64,000 bases of DNA from Candidatus Ozemobacteraceae bacterium (GCA_965140445.1 OZ223236.1:4672001-4736000); one strand, 5' to 3'. Positions 29,973-40,397 are shown, counted from the stretch's first letter. Notes: generated from the letters alone by a model not told the origin. A program made the numbers and translations.

Positions 29973-30470
29973 TTAATTCAAATTTGCAATAGTTAAAGAG
30001 GTTTTAAACGGTTCTGCAGCCTTATCTCCTGGAGTTTGCCAGGAAACCTCGACCTCTACAAGTTTTAAGCCGATAGGACGCTTTTCATCTTCTTTTGCAG
30101 AAATATCTGTAACTTTTACAGTTCGATTATATTTGAGAGTACCCGAAGTATAATCAGGTATAAATAGATCTCCGGCACCACTGTTAGTGTTTAAATCCGT
30201 CTCCACGCTGACATCTGCATCTTTGGGAAAATCTGCATCATCAAGAGATTCAAAAGGCGAGGCACGCAAAACCTCTACAGCCTGCTGAGCAAGAGCAACA
30301 GCAACACTATAATCACGCATTTTTCTGGTTTGCCCCATGCTGTTGGAAAAAATTAAAGCTATGGAAAAAAGAATTGAAATAAGCAATAGTGTTATCAAAA
30401 GCTCGGGTAAAGTATATCCAGAGCCTTTTCTATTCAATGTTTTCCCATTTTTTATTTTTGTAGCAAGCAT
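29973..30470 (-). CDS. Prepilin-type protein (PilV/GspI-like)
   Basis: SG|YTLPELLITLLL; AVALAQQAVEVLR; VEVEVSW. Confidence 0.85.
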   Translation of the reverse strand: MLATKIKNGKTLNRKGSGYTLPELLITLLLISILFSIALIFSNSMGQTRKMRDYSVAVALAQQAVEVLRASPFESLDDADFPKDADVSVETDLNTNSGAGDLFIPDYTSGTLKYNRTVKVTDISAKEDEKRPIGLKLVEVEVSWQTPGDKAAEPFKTSLTIANLN

Positions 30471-30589
30471 CCTTAGTATCCACCGCCTTTAAGCATAACA
30501 CACAGATTTTTTTCTCACCATAGGCAAAAAAACCTAATTGCCAAATCTTTAAATTGCAAAAAAAAGAATAATTTTCATTTTTTTGTAAT

Positions 30590-30618
30590 TTGAAGATTTC
30601 CTACTCTTGGGGTAGAAT
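30590..30618 (+). promoter_or_regulatory. sigma70-type promoter of the M28 peptidase run
   Basis: TTGAAG, 17-bp spacer, TAGAAT. Confidence 0.5.
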
Positions 30619-30657
30619 GGTCAAATAGATTTGTATGAACAGAGTAAGGAGTACACC

Positions 30658-31977
30658 ATGAGATTGAAGCTTCATTTTATTTTTGTCTTGCTTGCAGCGA
30701 TTGCTGTTTCAGCTTTTGCGCCTGTTTTTGCTGCCGAGAACGACGGATGGGTCCATATAGTGCCCAGAGATATCGCTTTTGATGTCATAAAAGGCTCTGG
30801 AAGCGGAAATGAAGTTTACACAATCTTTGGTAACGATGTGATTATTCACGGTGGCGAAAATTTTTCTGACGAAGTAATAAAAAATAAAGATGTAGAATCT
30901 TTTCCAGTTAGGCCAACCGAAAAGCTTTACCTTGTAAATACAAAAGATCCACAGATACTAAAAACCACTTTTGCTGGTGTAAGAGTAATCTACAGAAGTT
31001 TCGGTTTTATGGTTGTTCTTGCCAACGAAACAGCAGCAATGGGTTTAAAATCAAAAAGCTCAGACTTCACAAAGGTTTCGCTTCTACCTGAAAATGAAAC
31101 TGTTGTTGAAGCTCCAAAAAGCCCAAAGTCAGGCAGATCTCCAAGAAGCGAGGACATGAAAAACTTCCTGAGTAAAATCGACATGGAAGCATTTTTCCAG
31201 GATCTCGAAAAAATGGTTAGCTTTAAAACTAGATATTCATATGTCGCTGGCGCACAAAAAGCCGTAGATCATTTTGAAAACGTAATGAAAGAACTTGGAC
31301 TCAGCGTTAAGCAGGTTCCTTTCAGAATAGGTTCTACCCAGTGCAACAACCTTGTTGGAACCCTTAAGGGCACCGACGAGGAAAAATATGGTCAGATTAT
31401 TGTTCTCGGACATCTCGACAGTATTTCAAGAGACCCTAGAAACAATGCTCCTGGCGCAGACGACAACGGCAGTGGTTCAGCTGGCGTTATTGCCCTTGCA
31501 AGACTTTTAAAAGTTACCGGGTTAAAACCAAAAGCGACAATTAAATTTGCTCTTCTTCTTGGTGAAGAACAAGGTCTTTATGGTTCCAAAGCTTATGCCC
31601 GAGAAATGACTCCTGCAGAAAAAAAAGCAACCAGAGCTGTTCTTAACATGGACATGATCGGTTTCGACAGAACCCCACCTCTTTCAATCATGATGGAAAC
31701 TTCAAGTGCATTCAAACCTCTTGCAGAAAAAATTGAAAATCTTGCAGCTGAATATACCAGCTTAACAGTTCATACAAGTTATCATGCATGGGGATCAGAT
31801 CACGTTCCTTTTATTCAGCAGAATGTACCAGCTGTTTTAACAATTGAGTCTGAATTTGAAGCCAACCATAACTACCACCAGGTTACAGACCTGATCAAAG
31901 ACATGAATCCCGATTTGTGCAAAGAAATTGTAACTCTAAATGCAGCTACAATGTATGAAATGGGAGTTAATCCTTAA
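30658..31977 (+). CDS. Exported M28 family aminopeptidase
   Basis: GHLDS, PGADDNGSG, GEEQGLYGS, NMDMIG, SDHVPF, YH; start at ATG 30658 behind AAGGAG. Confidence 0.92.
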   Translation: MRLKLHFIFVLLAAIAVSAFAPVFAAENDGWVHIVPRDIAFDVIKGSGSGNEVYTIFGNDVIIHGGENFSDEVIKNKDVESFPVRPTEKLYLVNTKDPQILKTTFAGVRVIYRSFGFMVVLANETAAMGLKSKSSDFTKVSLLPENETVVEAPKSPKSGRSPRSEDMKNFLSKIDMEAFFQDLEKMVSFKTRYSYVAGAQKAVDHFENVMKELGLSVKQVPFRIGSTQCNNLVGTLKGTDEEKYGQIIVLGHLDSISRDPRNNAPGADDNGSGSAGVIALARLLKVTGLKPKATIKFALLLGEEQGLYGSKAYAREMTPAEKKATRAVLNMDMIGFDRTPPLSIMMETSSAFKPLAEKIENLAAEYTSLTVHTSYHAWGSDHVPFIQQNVPAVLTIESEFEANHNYHQVTDLIKDMNPDLCKEIVTLNAATMYEMGVNP

Positions 31978-31989
31978 TCGGAAAAAATA

Positions 31990-32373
31990 ATGAGTTCAAA
32001 TACAACAACAGTTAAACTCCAATCTGATCAAACAACAAGTATTTCAGCTCTGAAAAGCTTAGTTAGTGACTTTGTTAAAGAAAGAGAATGGGAAAAATAC
32101 CATTCTCCAAAAAATGTTGCAGTCTCAGTCGTTCTTGAAGCGGCTGAGCTGCTTGAACATTTTCAGTGGGCTCCCCCAGCCCCTGAAGAAATAGATGAAA
32201 AAAAGCGCGAAGAAATCGGGGAAGAACTTTCTGATGTAATGGCATACCTGCTTAGCCTGGCCAATGTCCTTGACATAGATGTGTCTCAGGCTATGACCAG
32301 GAAAATGGTAAAAAATAGAGCGAAATACCCAACTTCCGATTGTCTCGGAACCTGGCAAAAAACAGAGAGATAG
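31990..32373 (+). CDS. MazG-like (DCTPP1-type) nucleotide pyrophosphohydrolase
   Basis: REWEKYHSPKN, EAAELLEHFQW, EELSDV, KNRAKYP. Confidence 0.9.
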   Translation: MSSNTTTVKLQSDQTTSISALKSLVSDFVKEREWEKYHSPKNVAVSVVLEAAELLEHFQWAPPAPEEIDEKKREEIGEELSDVMAYLLSLANVLDIDVSQAMTRKMVKNRAKYPTSDCLGTWQKTER

Positions 32374-32382
32374 AAAAAAAAT

Positions 32383-32748
32383 ATGAAGGAATTCTTGTGG
32401 GCATGGATTTTCTGGGCATCTGTGGTCTTTTGTACCCTTTTGGCTACAAGTCTGATGGTTGCTTTCTGGTTGTATTCGACTGCCCCAATGAATGACCACA
32501 CTCCTGTCTTTGCAGCTGGTTTTGGATTCGGATTTGGATTCTTTGGTCTCGGCGCATTGACTCTTTTTGCATTCGACAGGTTCTCTAAGAAAAGCCTTGT
32601 ATTCAAAGAGGTTGAGAACGAGTTCTTTAATAAAGTAATTCGTGAAATGCCCTTTTTCTTCTTCGCTCTCTCATACTTCTTTTCTCTAGCCATATATATG
32701 GGTATCTATTTGTTGGTTCTCTCATATATAAGAAATGCCTGCATATAA
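32383..32748 (+). CDS. Three-TM hypothetical protein
   Basis: Three hydrophobic segments; fills the gap in a co-oriented run. Confidence 0.6.
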   Translation: MKEFLWAWIFWASVVFCTLLATSLMVAFWLYSTAPMNDHTPVFAAGFGFGFGFFGLGALTLFAFDRFSKKSLVFKEVENEFFNKVIREMPFFFFALSYFFSLAIYMGIYLLVLSYIRNACI

Positions 32749-33907
32749 AATGAAAAAGAGAAACAGATTTATTCGCAAACTAGATAAGTTCCAACTTTTA
32801 ACTATTCCAATAGTTCTTTTCCTGTTGTGGAATATTTTCGGCGCCAGAAGTGCATCTCTCAAAGTTGGCGTAATTTTACCACTTTCGAGCGAGTTCTCGG
32901 TAAGTGCCCAACACCAGAAAAATGGCATAATGCTGGCTCTTGAGCACATAAATAATGCTGGCGGAATAAATGGCCGTAAACTTGAAATTGTTATTTCTGA
33001 CAATGAAGGCTCACAATTAAAAACCGCGAGAATCTGTCGAGACATGATCTATGAAGACTCCATTATATGTATGCTCGGCGGAATTTATCCAGAAAACACC
33101 CGAATAATGAAGTTTTTCTGTGAAAAATCACACACACCCTTTTTAACTTCTGCATGCACCCATTTTGAAATTACAGATTCTGGCAGTCCTTACACTTTCA
33201 GAAACATAACTGATGACATAAAGCAATTTGAAGCACTCTCAGATTATGCTCTAAATAAAGTAAACTGTAAAAAGCCGGCGATTATTTATGATACAGAAAT
33301 TTACGGCGCAGAAAGTGCCCAGAAACTCATAGAAATCGCTATTAGAAATGGCCAGGTAGTAACCGCTGCCGTTTCTTTTAAAAGTGGTTCTCTCAATTAC
33401 AAGAACCAGATCGAAGTGGTAAAATCTTCAAATCCAGATGGACTGTTTATTCTCGCCAAACCTGTGTCGGCAGCTATGATAGTAAGGCACTTTAAAGAAA
33501 GCGGTTTTAAATATCCAATTTTTGGTGGAAACAGCCTGGCAACCAAATCTTTTATTGGTTATGCCGGAGCCTATGGCGAATACACTACCACTACCCTTCC
33601 GTTTAATCCCAGACTTGGCGGACAAAGAGCTGAGTATTTCATGTCAGAATATCTGGAAAGTTATTCGATCCAGGCTGATTCAGACGCTTTTCTGGCATAT
33701 GAAGCTCTAATGCTTACATCACTAGCTCTGAAAGCTTCCGACAACGATACGGGAAGAATCAAAGCCGCCTTCTCTGCCATGCATGGCTGGGATAGTGTCG
33801 CGGGCTCTGGTGGATTTGACACTTCTGGAAATCAGGTTAGACCAGCACAACTTGCAGTAATAAAAGAAGAGCAGGCTATTCCGGTAGGTATGGAGGAATT
33901 GTTTTGA
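32735..33907 (+). CDS. LivJ/LivK-type (branched-chain amino acid family) substrate-binding protein
   Basis: KVGVILPLS, INNAGGINGRKLE, YTFRN. Confidence 0.88.
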   Translation: MPAYKMKKRNRFIRKLDKFQLLTIPIVLFLLWNIFGARSASLKVGVILPLSSEFSVSAQHQKNGIMLALEHINNAGGINGRKLEIVISDNEGSQLKTARICRDMIYEDSIICMLGGIYPENTRIMKFFCEKSHTPFLTSACTHFEITDSGSPYTFRNITDDIKQFEALSDYALNKVNCKKPAIIYDTEIYGAESAQKLIEIAIRNGQVVTAAVSFKSGSLNYKNQIEVVKSSNPDGLFILAKPVSAAMIVRHFKESGFKYPIFGGNSLATKSFIGYAGAYGEYTTTTLPFNPRLGGQRAEYFMSEYLESYSIQADSDAFLAYEALMLTSLALKASDNDTGRIKAAFSAMHGWDSVAGSGGFDTSGNQVRPAQLAVIKEEQAIPVGMEELF

Positions 33908-35067
33908 GTACTCCCGATGATGCTGCTGAAAAAAAAGGTGGGCTCTTATCGAGCATATTTTTCTGGGTAATTGTAATTGGTATTTTTTATCTTTTTTTGC
34001 ATTACAAAGAAAGTGTTATAGAAATACCAGACACAGAAAATAGAGTTGTCAAGAATACGGCTGGAGTTGAAACTAGCGAAAAATCAGCAAAAGCAGAAAC
34101 CTCGGCAGCCCCAAGAAGCATATCAAAGGTTCCAGGTGAAGGCTCTATGGTAATGATTCCGTGGAGCAACCTTATAGAAACCGCACCGGTTAATGATATT
34201 TTGATTGATCCTTCAGGAACCGTTTGGGCTGCAACGGAAAAAGGTCTGACTTCAATTTCCAATGAAATAAAAAGAGATTTCTCTCAAGATTCTGGAAGCT
34301 TCCCTGTACCGCAAGCTGAATGCCTTGCCCACGATGGGAATAAACTGATTATTGGTACCTTATTCGGATTATTTTCAAGAGATAAACAAGGCAAAGTTGA
34401 ATTAATTGGCGAAGATCAGGGTATAAAAAATGAAATCATATGGTCACTTGATTATGACGGCTCTACCGTTTGGGTTGGAACCCAGGATGGTTTTGCCTTC
34501 CGAAGCAAAAGTGGCAGATTCAATGTCATTGATGGCAAAATTTCCAATGGCGGATTGCGTAATCTGTGGTGCCAGCATATATATAAATTTGCAAACTGGC
34601 TTGTGGTTTCAAATGACAAAGGTCTTAGCATCTGGAATACCACCTTCAAAGCCTCTAACCCGGACATTTGGAAAAATATTGATTATATAAGAGCTGGCAT
34701 TCAGCGCCCGGTAACCGGCCTGGCTTTTGATGGAAAAAGACTCTGGCTATCAACAACCAAGGGAATATTTGCTTTAACAACATCTTTGCAGAAAATTTTT
34801 TCAGGCTCAGTTTCAAACTTTGTTAATTATACAGAAGTGCATGGACTTCCATCAAACCACGTAAATGCAATTGTCGCACAGAACGGTTCCCTCTGGATTG
34901 GCACTAACACTGGCTTAGCAAGGTTAAAAGACGATCAGATAAAAATTGTTAACCCCACAGTTGGACATTTTTCATCACTCATAAGAGCCTTGGCCATTAG
35001 TGGAGATATTCTCTGGATTGGCACGGACAAAGGCATTCACTACATTAACACTGCGATGGTTGATTAG
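33904..35067 (+). CDS. Membrane-anchored beta-propeller (two-component regulator propeller-like repeats)
   Basis: N-terminal TM; repeats VWAATEKGL, VWVGTQDG, GLPSNHVNAI..LWIGTNTGL, LWIGTDKGI. Confidence 0.8.
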   Translation: MSTPDDAAEKKGGLLSSIFFWVIVIGIFYLFLHYKESVIEIPDTENRVVKNTAGVETSEKSAKAETSAAPRSISKVPGEGSMVMIPWSNLIETAPVNDILIDPSGTVWAATEKGLTSISNEIKRDFSQDSGSFPVPQAECLAHDGNKLIIGTLFGLFSRDKQGKVELIGEDQGIKNEIIWSLDYDGSTVWVGTQDGFAFRSKSGRFNVIDGKISNGGLRNLWCQHIYKFANWLVVSNDKGLSIWNTTFKASNPDIWKNIDYIRAGIQRPVTGLAFDGKRLWLSTTKGIFALTTSLQKIFSGSVSNFVNYTEVHGLPSNHVNAIVAQNGSLWIGTNTGLARLKDDQIKIVNPTVGHFSSLIRALAISGDILWIGTDKGIHYINTAMVD

Positions 35068-35079
35068 GGGCTAATTTCA

Positions 35080-37143
35080 ATGATTAATGAAAGAATACAA
35101 CAGCTCAGAAAAGAGCTAAGAAAGCATGAACATCTTTATTATGTTAAAAGTGAACCTGTCATCAGTGACATAGAGTATGACAGATTATACAAAGAACTTG
35201 CCGAGCTGGAAAAAGCAAACCCGCATTTAATCACTCCTGATTCCCCTACTCAAAGAATTGGGGAAACGGTAACTTCTTTTTTAACTCGCCCACATAGAGT
35301 TCCAATGATGAGTATCGATAATTCATACTCTATTAACGACATTAAAGACTGGATTTTGAGACTTGAAAAACTTGCCGGAAGAGATGTTTTCCCAATCGTA
35401 GCCGAGTTAAAAATAGACGGGGTCTCAGGATCGTTACACTATTCCGGTAAAACTTTTCAAGATGGCTCTACACGAGGCAATGGTATAGAGGGTGATCTGA
35501 TTACCGAGAATCTCCGCACCATTAAATCCCTTCCGTTATCCATTAAAAGCGATTTTGACATGGATATTCGAGGTGAAATTTATACAGCCAAATCAAAATT
35601 GGTAGAATTGAATCAGGCACGAATTGAAAAGGGCGAAGATCTATTCAAAAATTGTCGAAACCTTACATCTGGAACGGTCAAAAGTCTGGACCCAAAAGTT
35701 GCAGCAAGCCGGGGCCTTCAAATCATGGTGTACGGAATAGCACAAGCAAAAGCCCTTGGTTTTACATCCCACTCAGAAGCTTTAAAATTTCTTTCAGAGC
35801 AAGGTTTTAAGCTCAATGAAAGATTTGAAGTCTGTAATAACATTGATGAAATTGAAAAATTTATTTCAAAAATTCAATCAGAAAAAGACCAGCTGGACTT
35901 TGACATCGACGGCATAGTCTTAAAAGTGGATAGCCTTTCTTTGCAGGAAGAACTTGGAGAAACCTCAAAAGCCCCAAGATGGGCAATTGCCTACAAATAT
36001 CCCCAGGACAGAGTAGAGACGATATTAAAAGAAGTTACCTGGCAGGTTGGAAGACAGCAATTAACTCCTGTTGCAGAACTTGAACCGGTTGAAATTGGCG
36101 GAACAACGGTTTCAAGGGCTTCACTTCATAATTTGGATCAAATTGAGGAAAAAGACATCAGAATTGGGGACACGGTAATAATCGAAAAGGCGGGCTACAT
36201 CATTCCCTACGTAGTAGCCCCAAAAATAGAGTTAAGAACAGATAAGACTGTGAAGATAACTCCCCCTCAAAAATGCCCTGCATGTGAGGGATCAGTTGAA
36301 GTATATAAATCTGGCGAGGAAGACAAATCGGATTCAACAATAGTTAGATGCACAAACCCCAACTGTGTTGGTGTACTCTCCAGACGAATTATTTATTTTA
36401 TCAGTCAGATGGAAATAGAAAATTTTGGTCCCCAACTTGTAGATCAGTTACTTAATCAGGGAATTTTAAAATCAGTTGAAGACCTTTTTACGCTTAGCAT
36501 AGAAACCTTGGCTAACCTTGAAAGAATGGGACAAAAATCAGCTGAAAAAGTTTTTGCCAGTATTCAAAATGCAAAAAAGGCATCTCTGGGAAAATTAATT
36601 TCTGCTCTTGGCATTCCAAATGTAGGAACAGTATTGGGCGAAGATATTGCTGAGGCTTTTAAATACGATTTTCATGCCTTTCTTAATTCCACTCCAGACG
36701 ACCTGGTCGATAAAAAGGAAGTTAAAATCAAAGGGGTTAAATTCAAGGTTGCAGCTGACATCATTTCCTTCTTAAGCAGCCCTGAAAATACAGGCTTAAT
36801 AGAGGCATTGAAATCCTGGTGGACTGGCCCAGATGAAGATTCCTTAAAGGAACAAAAAAAATCCAATATCCTTGAAGGAAAAACTTTTGTCATAACAGGA
36901 GAAGCTGAAGTTCCAAGAAAGCTTCTGGAAGAACTTGTTAAAAATCACGGCGGGGCAGTTAAATCTAGCGTTTCGAAAGCAACACAATATCTTCTGATTG
37001 GCTCAAAAGTTGAAGAAAACTTCACATCTTCGAAAAAAAGCAAAGCTAATTCCCTAAATGTTCCGATCATTAATGAGAACGACCTATTTGATTTAGTTGG
37101 AGTAACTTTAGAAGATGTCAAAAATTCAGGGAAACATCAGTGA
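35080..37143 (+). CDS. ligA: NAD-dependent DNA ligase
   Basis: ELKIDG, TRGNG, APRWAIAYKY, RASLHN, zinc finger, HhH, BRCT. Confidence 0.97.
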   Translation: MINERIQQLRKELRKHEHLYYVKSEPVISDIEYDRLYKELAELEKANPHLITPDSPTQRIGETVTSFLTRPHRVPMMSIDNSYSINDIKDWILRLEKLAGRDVFPIVAELKIDGVSGSLHYSGKTFQDGSTRGNGIEGDLITENLRTIKSLPLSIKSDFDMDIRGEIYTAKSKLVELNQARIEKGEDLFKNCRNLTSGTVKSLDPKVAASRGLQIMVYGIAQAKALGFTSHSEALKFLSEQGFKLNERFEVCNNIDEIEKFISKIQSEKDQLDFDIDGIVLKVDSLSLQEELGETSKAPRWAIAYKYPQDRVETILKEVTWQVGRQQLTPVAELEPVEIGGTTVSRASLHNLDQIEEKDIRIGDTVIIEKAGYIIPYVVAPKIELRTDKTVKITPPQKCPACEGSVEVYKSGEEDKSDSTIVRCTNPNCVGVLSRRIIYFISQMEIENFGPQLVDQLLNQGILKSVEDLFTLSIETLANLERMGQKSAEKVFASIQNAKKASLGKLISALGIPNVGTVLGEDIAEAFKYDFHAFLNSTPDDLVDKKEVKIKGVKFKVAADIISFLSSPENTGLIEALKSWWTGPDEDSLKEQKKSNILEGKTFVITGEAEVPRKLLEELVKNHGGAVKSSVSKATQYLLIGSKVEENFTSSKKSKANSLNVPIINENDLFDLVGVTLEDVKNSGKHQ

Positions 37144-37864
37144 GGTATTTGCTTCTATACAAGGCGAAGGCCTTCATGTAGGCACTATGCAGCTATTTAT
37201 CAGAATGAGTGGCTGCAACTTACGATGTAAAAACTGTGATGTTAAAGAGCACCTGACGACAGAAGATTCTTTTACGATTCGTCCGTGGCCGGGACAGCGC
37301 TTAATTAGAGTTTCCAATCCAATTACTCCAGAAAAATTGTTTCAAAAAATAAGTGCCAATTTTCCTGTTAAAGACTTTACTGCTATTTCTTTTACAGGCG
37401 GAGAGCCTCTTTTTCAAGCTGATTTCATAAAAAAAATGGTTCCCATGTTTGCAGAGGCAGAGGTTCCTGTTTTTATAGAATCAAATGGTACACTGCACCG
37501 GGAGTTTGATAAATTTAAGGGACTGAATGTTTTTTGGAGCGTTGATCTTAAACTTTCAAAAAACTGGGGTTTAAACGGGAAACTCTTAAAAAAGCACAAG
37601 GCTTTCGTTAGTAAATTAAATCCCAAATATGCATATATTAGAATTATTCTGGATACAGATGACGATCCAGATCAAATAATTGAGAGTCTTTCGAATCTAG
37701 ATTTGAAAAATTTTAAAATGGTAATTCAACCTTTCTCAAAAGCTCCCTCTCACGTTAGTGATTGGGATACGAGCACTATTCTCGAATGGATAAAACTTTT
37801 CAGACCATATTTTTTGGAGGTTAGATGGATTCCGCAGGTCCATAAACTGTTGCGAATTCCATAG
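37115..37864 (+). CDS. queE: QueE-like radical SAM protein
   Basis: EVFASIQGEG, GCNLRCKNCD, FTGGEP, ESNG, PQVHK. Confidence 0.8.
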   Translation: MSKIQGNISEVFASIQGEGLHVGTMQLFIRMSGCNLRCKNCDVKEHLTTEDSFTIRPWPGQRLIRVSNPITPEKLFQKISANFPVKDFTAISFTGGEPLFQADFIKKMVPMFAEAEVPVFIESNGTLHREFDKFKGLNVFWSVDLKLSKNWGLNGKLLKKHKAFVSKLNPKYAYIRIILDTDDDPDQIIESLSNLDLKNFKMVIQPFSKAPSHVSDWDTSTILEWIKLFRPYFLEVRWIPQVHKLLRIP

Positions 37865-37928
37865 TTTTACTGTATGTTATTTAACGTTGGACAAATTTTA
37901 ACCGGAGCAGCTAGTAAACGGTGTAATT

Positions 37929-38900
37929 ATGGCACTTAACGACAAACTTTTTTTACCGAAAGAAACCATCTGCCCGATTTGTGAAAAGGGCTTTACTAGA
38001 TTTATTCTGAAGAAAAAACAATTCAGTTTAGATAAAAGAGACATTGACTATCGACCAGTTTATCTTGGTTCGATTAACCCACGTTTTTTTGGGATTTGCG
38101 TTTGTCCGCATTGTTATTATGCAGCTGAAGATAAATACTTCTGCCCAGTGATGAGTGCTGATGATCTAAGAAAAAAACAACTTCTTGATAGTCATAAAGC
38201 GCAATGGGAAGCAGCAAGCAGAGTAAGAGCAGCATCCAGCGGTCAACAAATATGGAAAGATGCTGAATCTGAAAAGCTTAGAGAGCTTACCCCAATTAAT
38301 GTTGCAATCCTAAGAAAAATTTCGCCTCTTCTGGAAAAAGTTGCGGCAAATATTTCTCAAAAAGACAAGCCTGTGAATGAGCTTCAAAAGGAAGGCGACT
38401 TAGACGTTGCCGTTCGTTCATGGGAATTGGCAGCCATCTGTTATAAAGCCAGAAAAACTAACCACAGAATTCTTGGTTATACCTATCTTAATGGTGCGTG
38501 GGCTGCCCGTGATGCTGCAGAAGCCGTAACAGAAGACCATTTAAAAGAGCGCTACAAAGCTTTTGAAAGAGCCTATCTAACAGAAGCACTGTCGTTCTTA
38601 ACGATTACCAATAAAGCTACCAGTGTTGAAGATGCTTATATGCCTGATGGAACAAGAATTCCTAAGGAAAACATCCCTCAATCCAGAGTGTTTGAAATCA
38701 TGTATATCCTTGCAGGGGCACATAGAATTCTCGGAAACATCTCTGAAAGCAATCATTATCTTGAGCAAATTATATATGGAAGCCAAAATGCGCAGGGCAT
38801 TATTCTGTGGTTTGTAAACCAGGCCAGAGAAATGAGGCAGGAAGCTGCCGATCAAGGCATTGGCCTTCCAGATGGAAATGGGAATGATGAACAAGGGTAA
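37929..38900 (+). CDS. DUF2225-like protein
   Basis: CPIC..F, DIDYRP, INP, VCPHCYYAA, then helical TPR-like region. Confidence 0.75.
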   Translation: MALNDKLFLPKETICPICEKGFTRFILKKKQFSLDKRDIDYRPVYLGSINPRFFGICVCPHCYYAAEDKYFCPVMSADDLRKKQLLDSHKAQWEAASRVRAASSGQQIWKDAESEKLRELTPINVAILRKISPLLEKVAANISQKDKPVNELQKEGDLDVAVRSWELAAICYKARKTNHRILGYTYLNGAWAARDAAEAVTEDHLKERYKAFERAYLTEALSFLTITNKATSVEDAYMPDGTRIPKENIPQSRVFEIMYILAGAHRILGNISESNHYLEQIIYGSQNAQGIILWFVNQAREMRQEAADQGIGLPDGNGNDEQG

Positions 38901-39618
38901 AACTGCTTTTAATCGGCATTTGAATAGAAATGCTGGTAAAGCAATAGTTGTTATTTTAGGTTTAGTAATAGCCATTTTAGTGGCTGGTTCTGCTTTTCTT
39001 TACATTCAGGGACAAAATGCCCAGGAAAAACAGGTTTCATTGCTAAATTCAGGTTATCAAGCTTTTAACAACGATGATTACAAAAAAGCCTTCGATATGT
39101 TCTCAGAATCCAGAAATGCTTTTGGACTTCCGCTTAAGGTATTTAGAGCAATAAAAGATGCTGACAGTACAAGATATGTAACGGTTGAAGAACTTGATGA
39201 ATTGTCTTTCAGCACATGTCTAACAGCTGCTCACCGAGATTTTTTCATGCTTAAATCATCTACCGAGTGGCTAAAAAAAGCACGGGAAGAATTGGGAAGA
39301 TTCTCATCAAATCCAGCTAAAAAAGCTGAATTTGAAAAGCTTGTTAAAACGGCAGAATCAATTTCAGCTCTTTGCAACCTCTATGAAGAAGAAAAGTATG
39401 AAGATGCCCTGAAAAAGCTCTTAGAAGCAGAAAAAGAAGCCTCTGAAAATGATCAGGATTTCTTCATTTTTGAAATAAGACTTCTCATCGCTTGCGGAAA
39501 AGCCCTACAAATTCCAGAAGTTATAACTCAGGCCCGGGAATTACTATTTTTCCTTTCCTACGAAGCCGGTGTAAAAAATGATAGAACCGACAAGCTTTGG
39601 GGTTTAATTGCAAATTGA
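38884..39618 (+). CDS. Membrane-anchored helical hypothetical protein
   Basis: Single N-terminal TM; start uncertain (38860, 38884 or 38887). Confidence 0.65.
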   Translation: MMNKGKTAFNRHLNRNAGKAIVVILGLVIAILVAGSAFLYIQGQNAQEKQVSLLNSGYQAFNNDDYKKAFDMFSESRNAFGLPLKVFRAIKDADSTRYVTVEELDELSFSTCLTAAHRDFFMLKSSTEWLKKAREELGRFSSNPAKKAEFEKLVKTAESISALCNLYEEEKYEDALKKLLEAEKEASENDQDFFIFEIRLLIACGKALQIPEVITQARELLFFLSYEAGVKNDRTDKLWGLIAN

Positions 39619-40397
39619 TTGAAAAATATAATCCACATAGTTTACAAAAACAGGCCAGAAAATGGCCTGTTTTCTTATCAGACGCATCTCTCCCCCAGCC
39701 CAAAACCTTGAATGAGGATATGCAAGACCGCTTATCAGAAGCATGGACAGGAATTCTTAAATCCCCATATCCAATTTGTAGCACATCAAAGATTCCAGAA
39801 GATTTCATGGAGGAATTTGGTATAGATGCTTGTAGAGTCGCAGCCATATCTCCCGGGAATAATCGAGAAATTGAACACGCTCTTGAATTGGCTTTCAAGT
39901 GGGTTGGATCTGTATTTTCTTCTTTTACAAATATAGCAGCAGCCAAAACAAGCTTCAATTCATGCATTTGGGTAGAAGCGGTTTTTGCCTCAAGAGATTT
40001 ATTAAATAAAAATAAAGCCTATCAAGCTCTTGCCCGTCTAAAAAAAGCACAAAAGCTATCGCCAATAAACACTGGGCTTTCAAAGCCGGATCAGGCAATA
40101 ATTTTGGCGGGACTATTTCCCTTTATTCCAATTACCGTTGGCAGCCTGGCTTTCAGGAATGAAATATGTTTATCAGAAGGTATCGAGGCTTTAATAGCTA
40201 GTATGGCGGATATTGTTGTTATCAAATATTCCATTGGTAGTAGCGGTTGGAATTGGGGTGCATTTAATAAAGACGCCTTTGAAAATTCTAAAAAAAACTG
40301 CTTTAATAGTTTACCAATTGTAAAAAAATCCTTTGGCAATAAAGAATATCAAATTAAACAGGTTAAGAACGGATTCAAGTTATGCTTGCCAACTTAG
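39597..40397 (+). CDS. Hypothetical protein resembling a degenerate class Ia aminoacyl-tRNA synthetase (LeuRS-like) C-terminal region
   Basis: PEDFMEEFGIDACRV and LFPFIP resemble motifs after KMSKS and in the anticodon-binding domain; no HIGH or KMSKS. Confidence 0.5.
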   Translation: MGFNCKLIEKYNPHSLQKQARKWPVFLSDASLPQPKTLNEDMQDRLSEAWTGILKSPYPICSTSKIPEDFMEEFGIDACRVAAISPGNNREIEHALELAFKWVGSVFSSFTNIAAAKTSFNSCIWVEAVFASRDLLNKNKAYQALARLKKAQKLSPINTGLSKPDQAIILAGLFPFIPITVGSLAFRNEICLSEGIEALIASMADIVVIKYSIGSSGWNWGAFNKDAFENSKKNCFNSLPIVKKSFGNKEYQIKQVKNGFKLCLPT

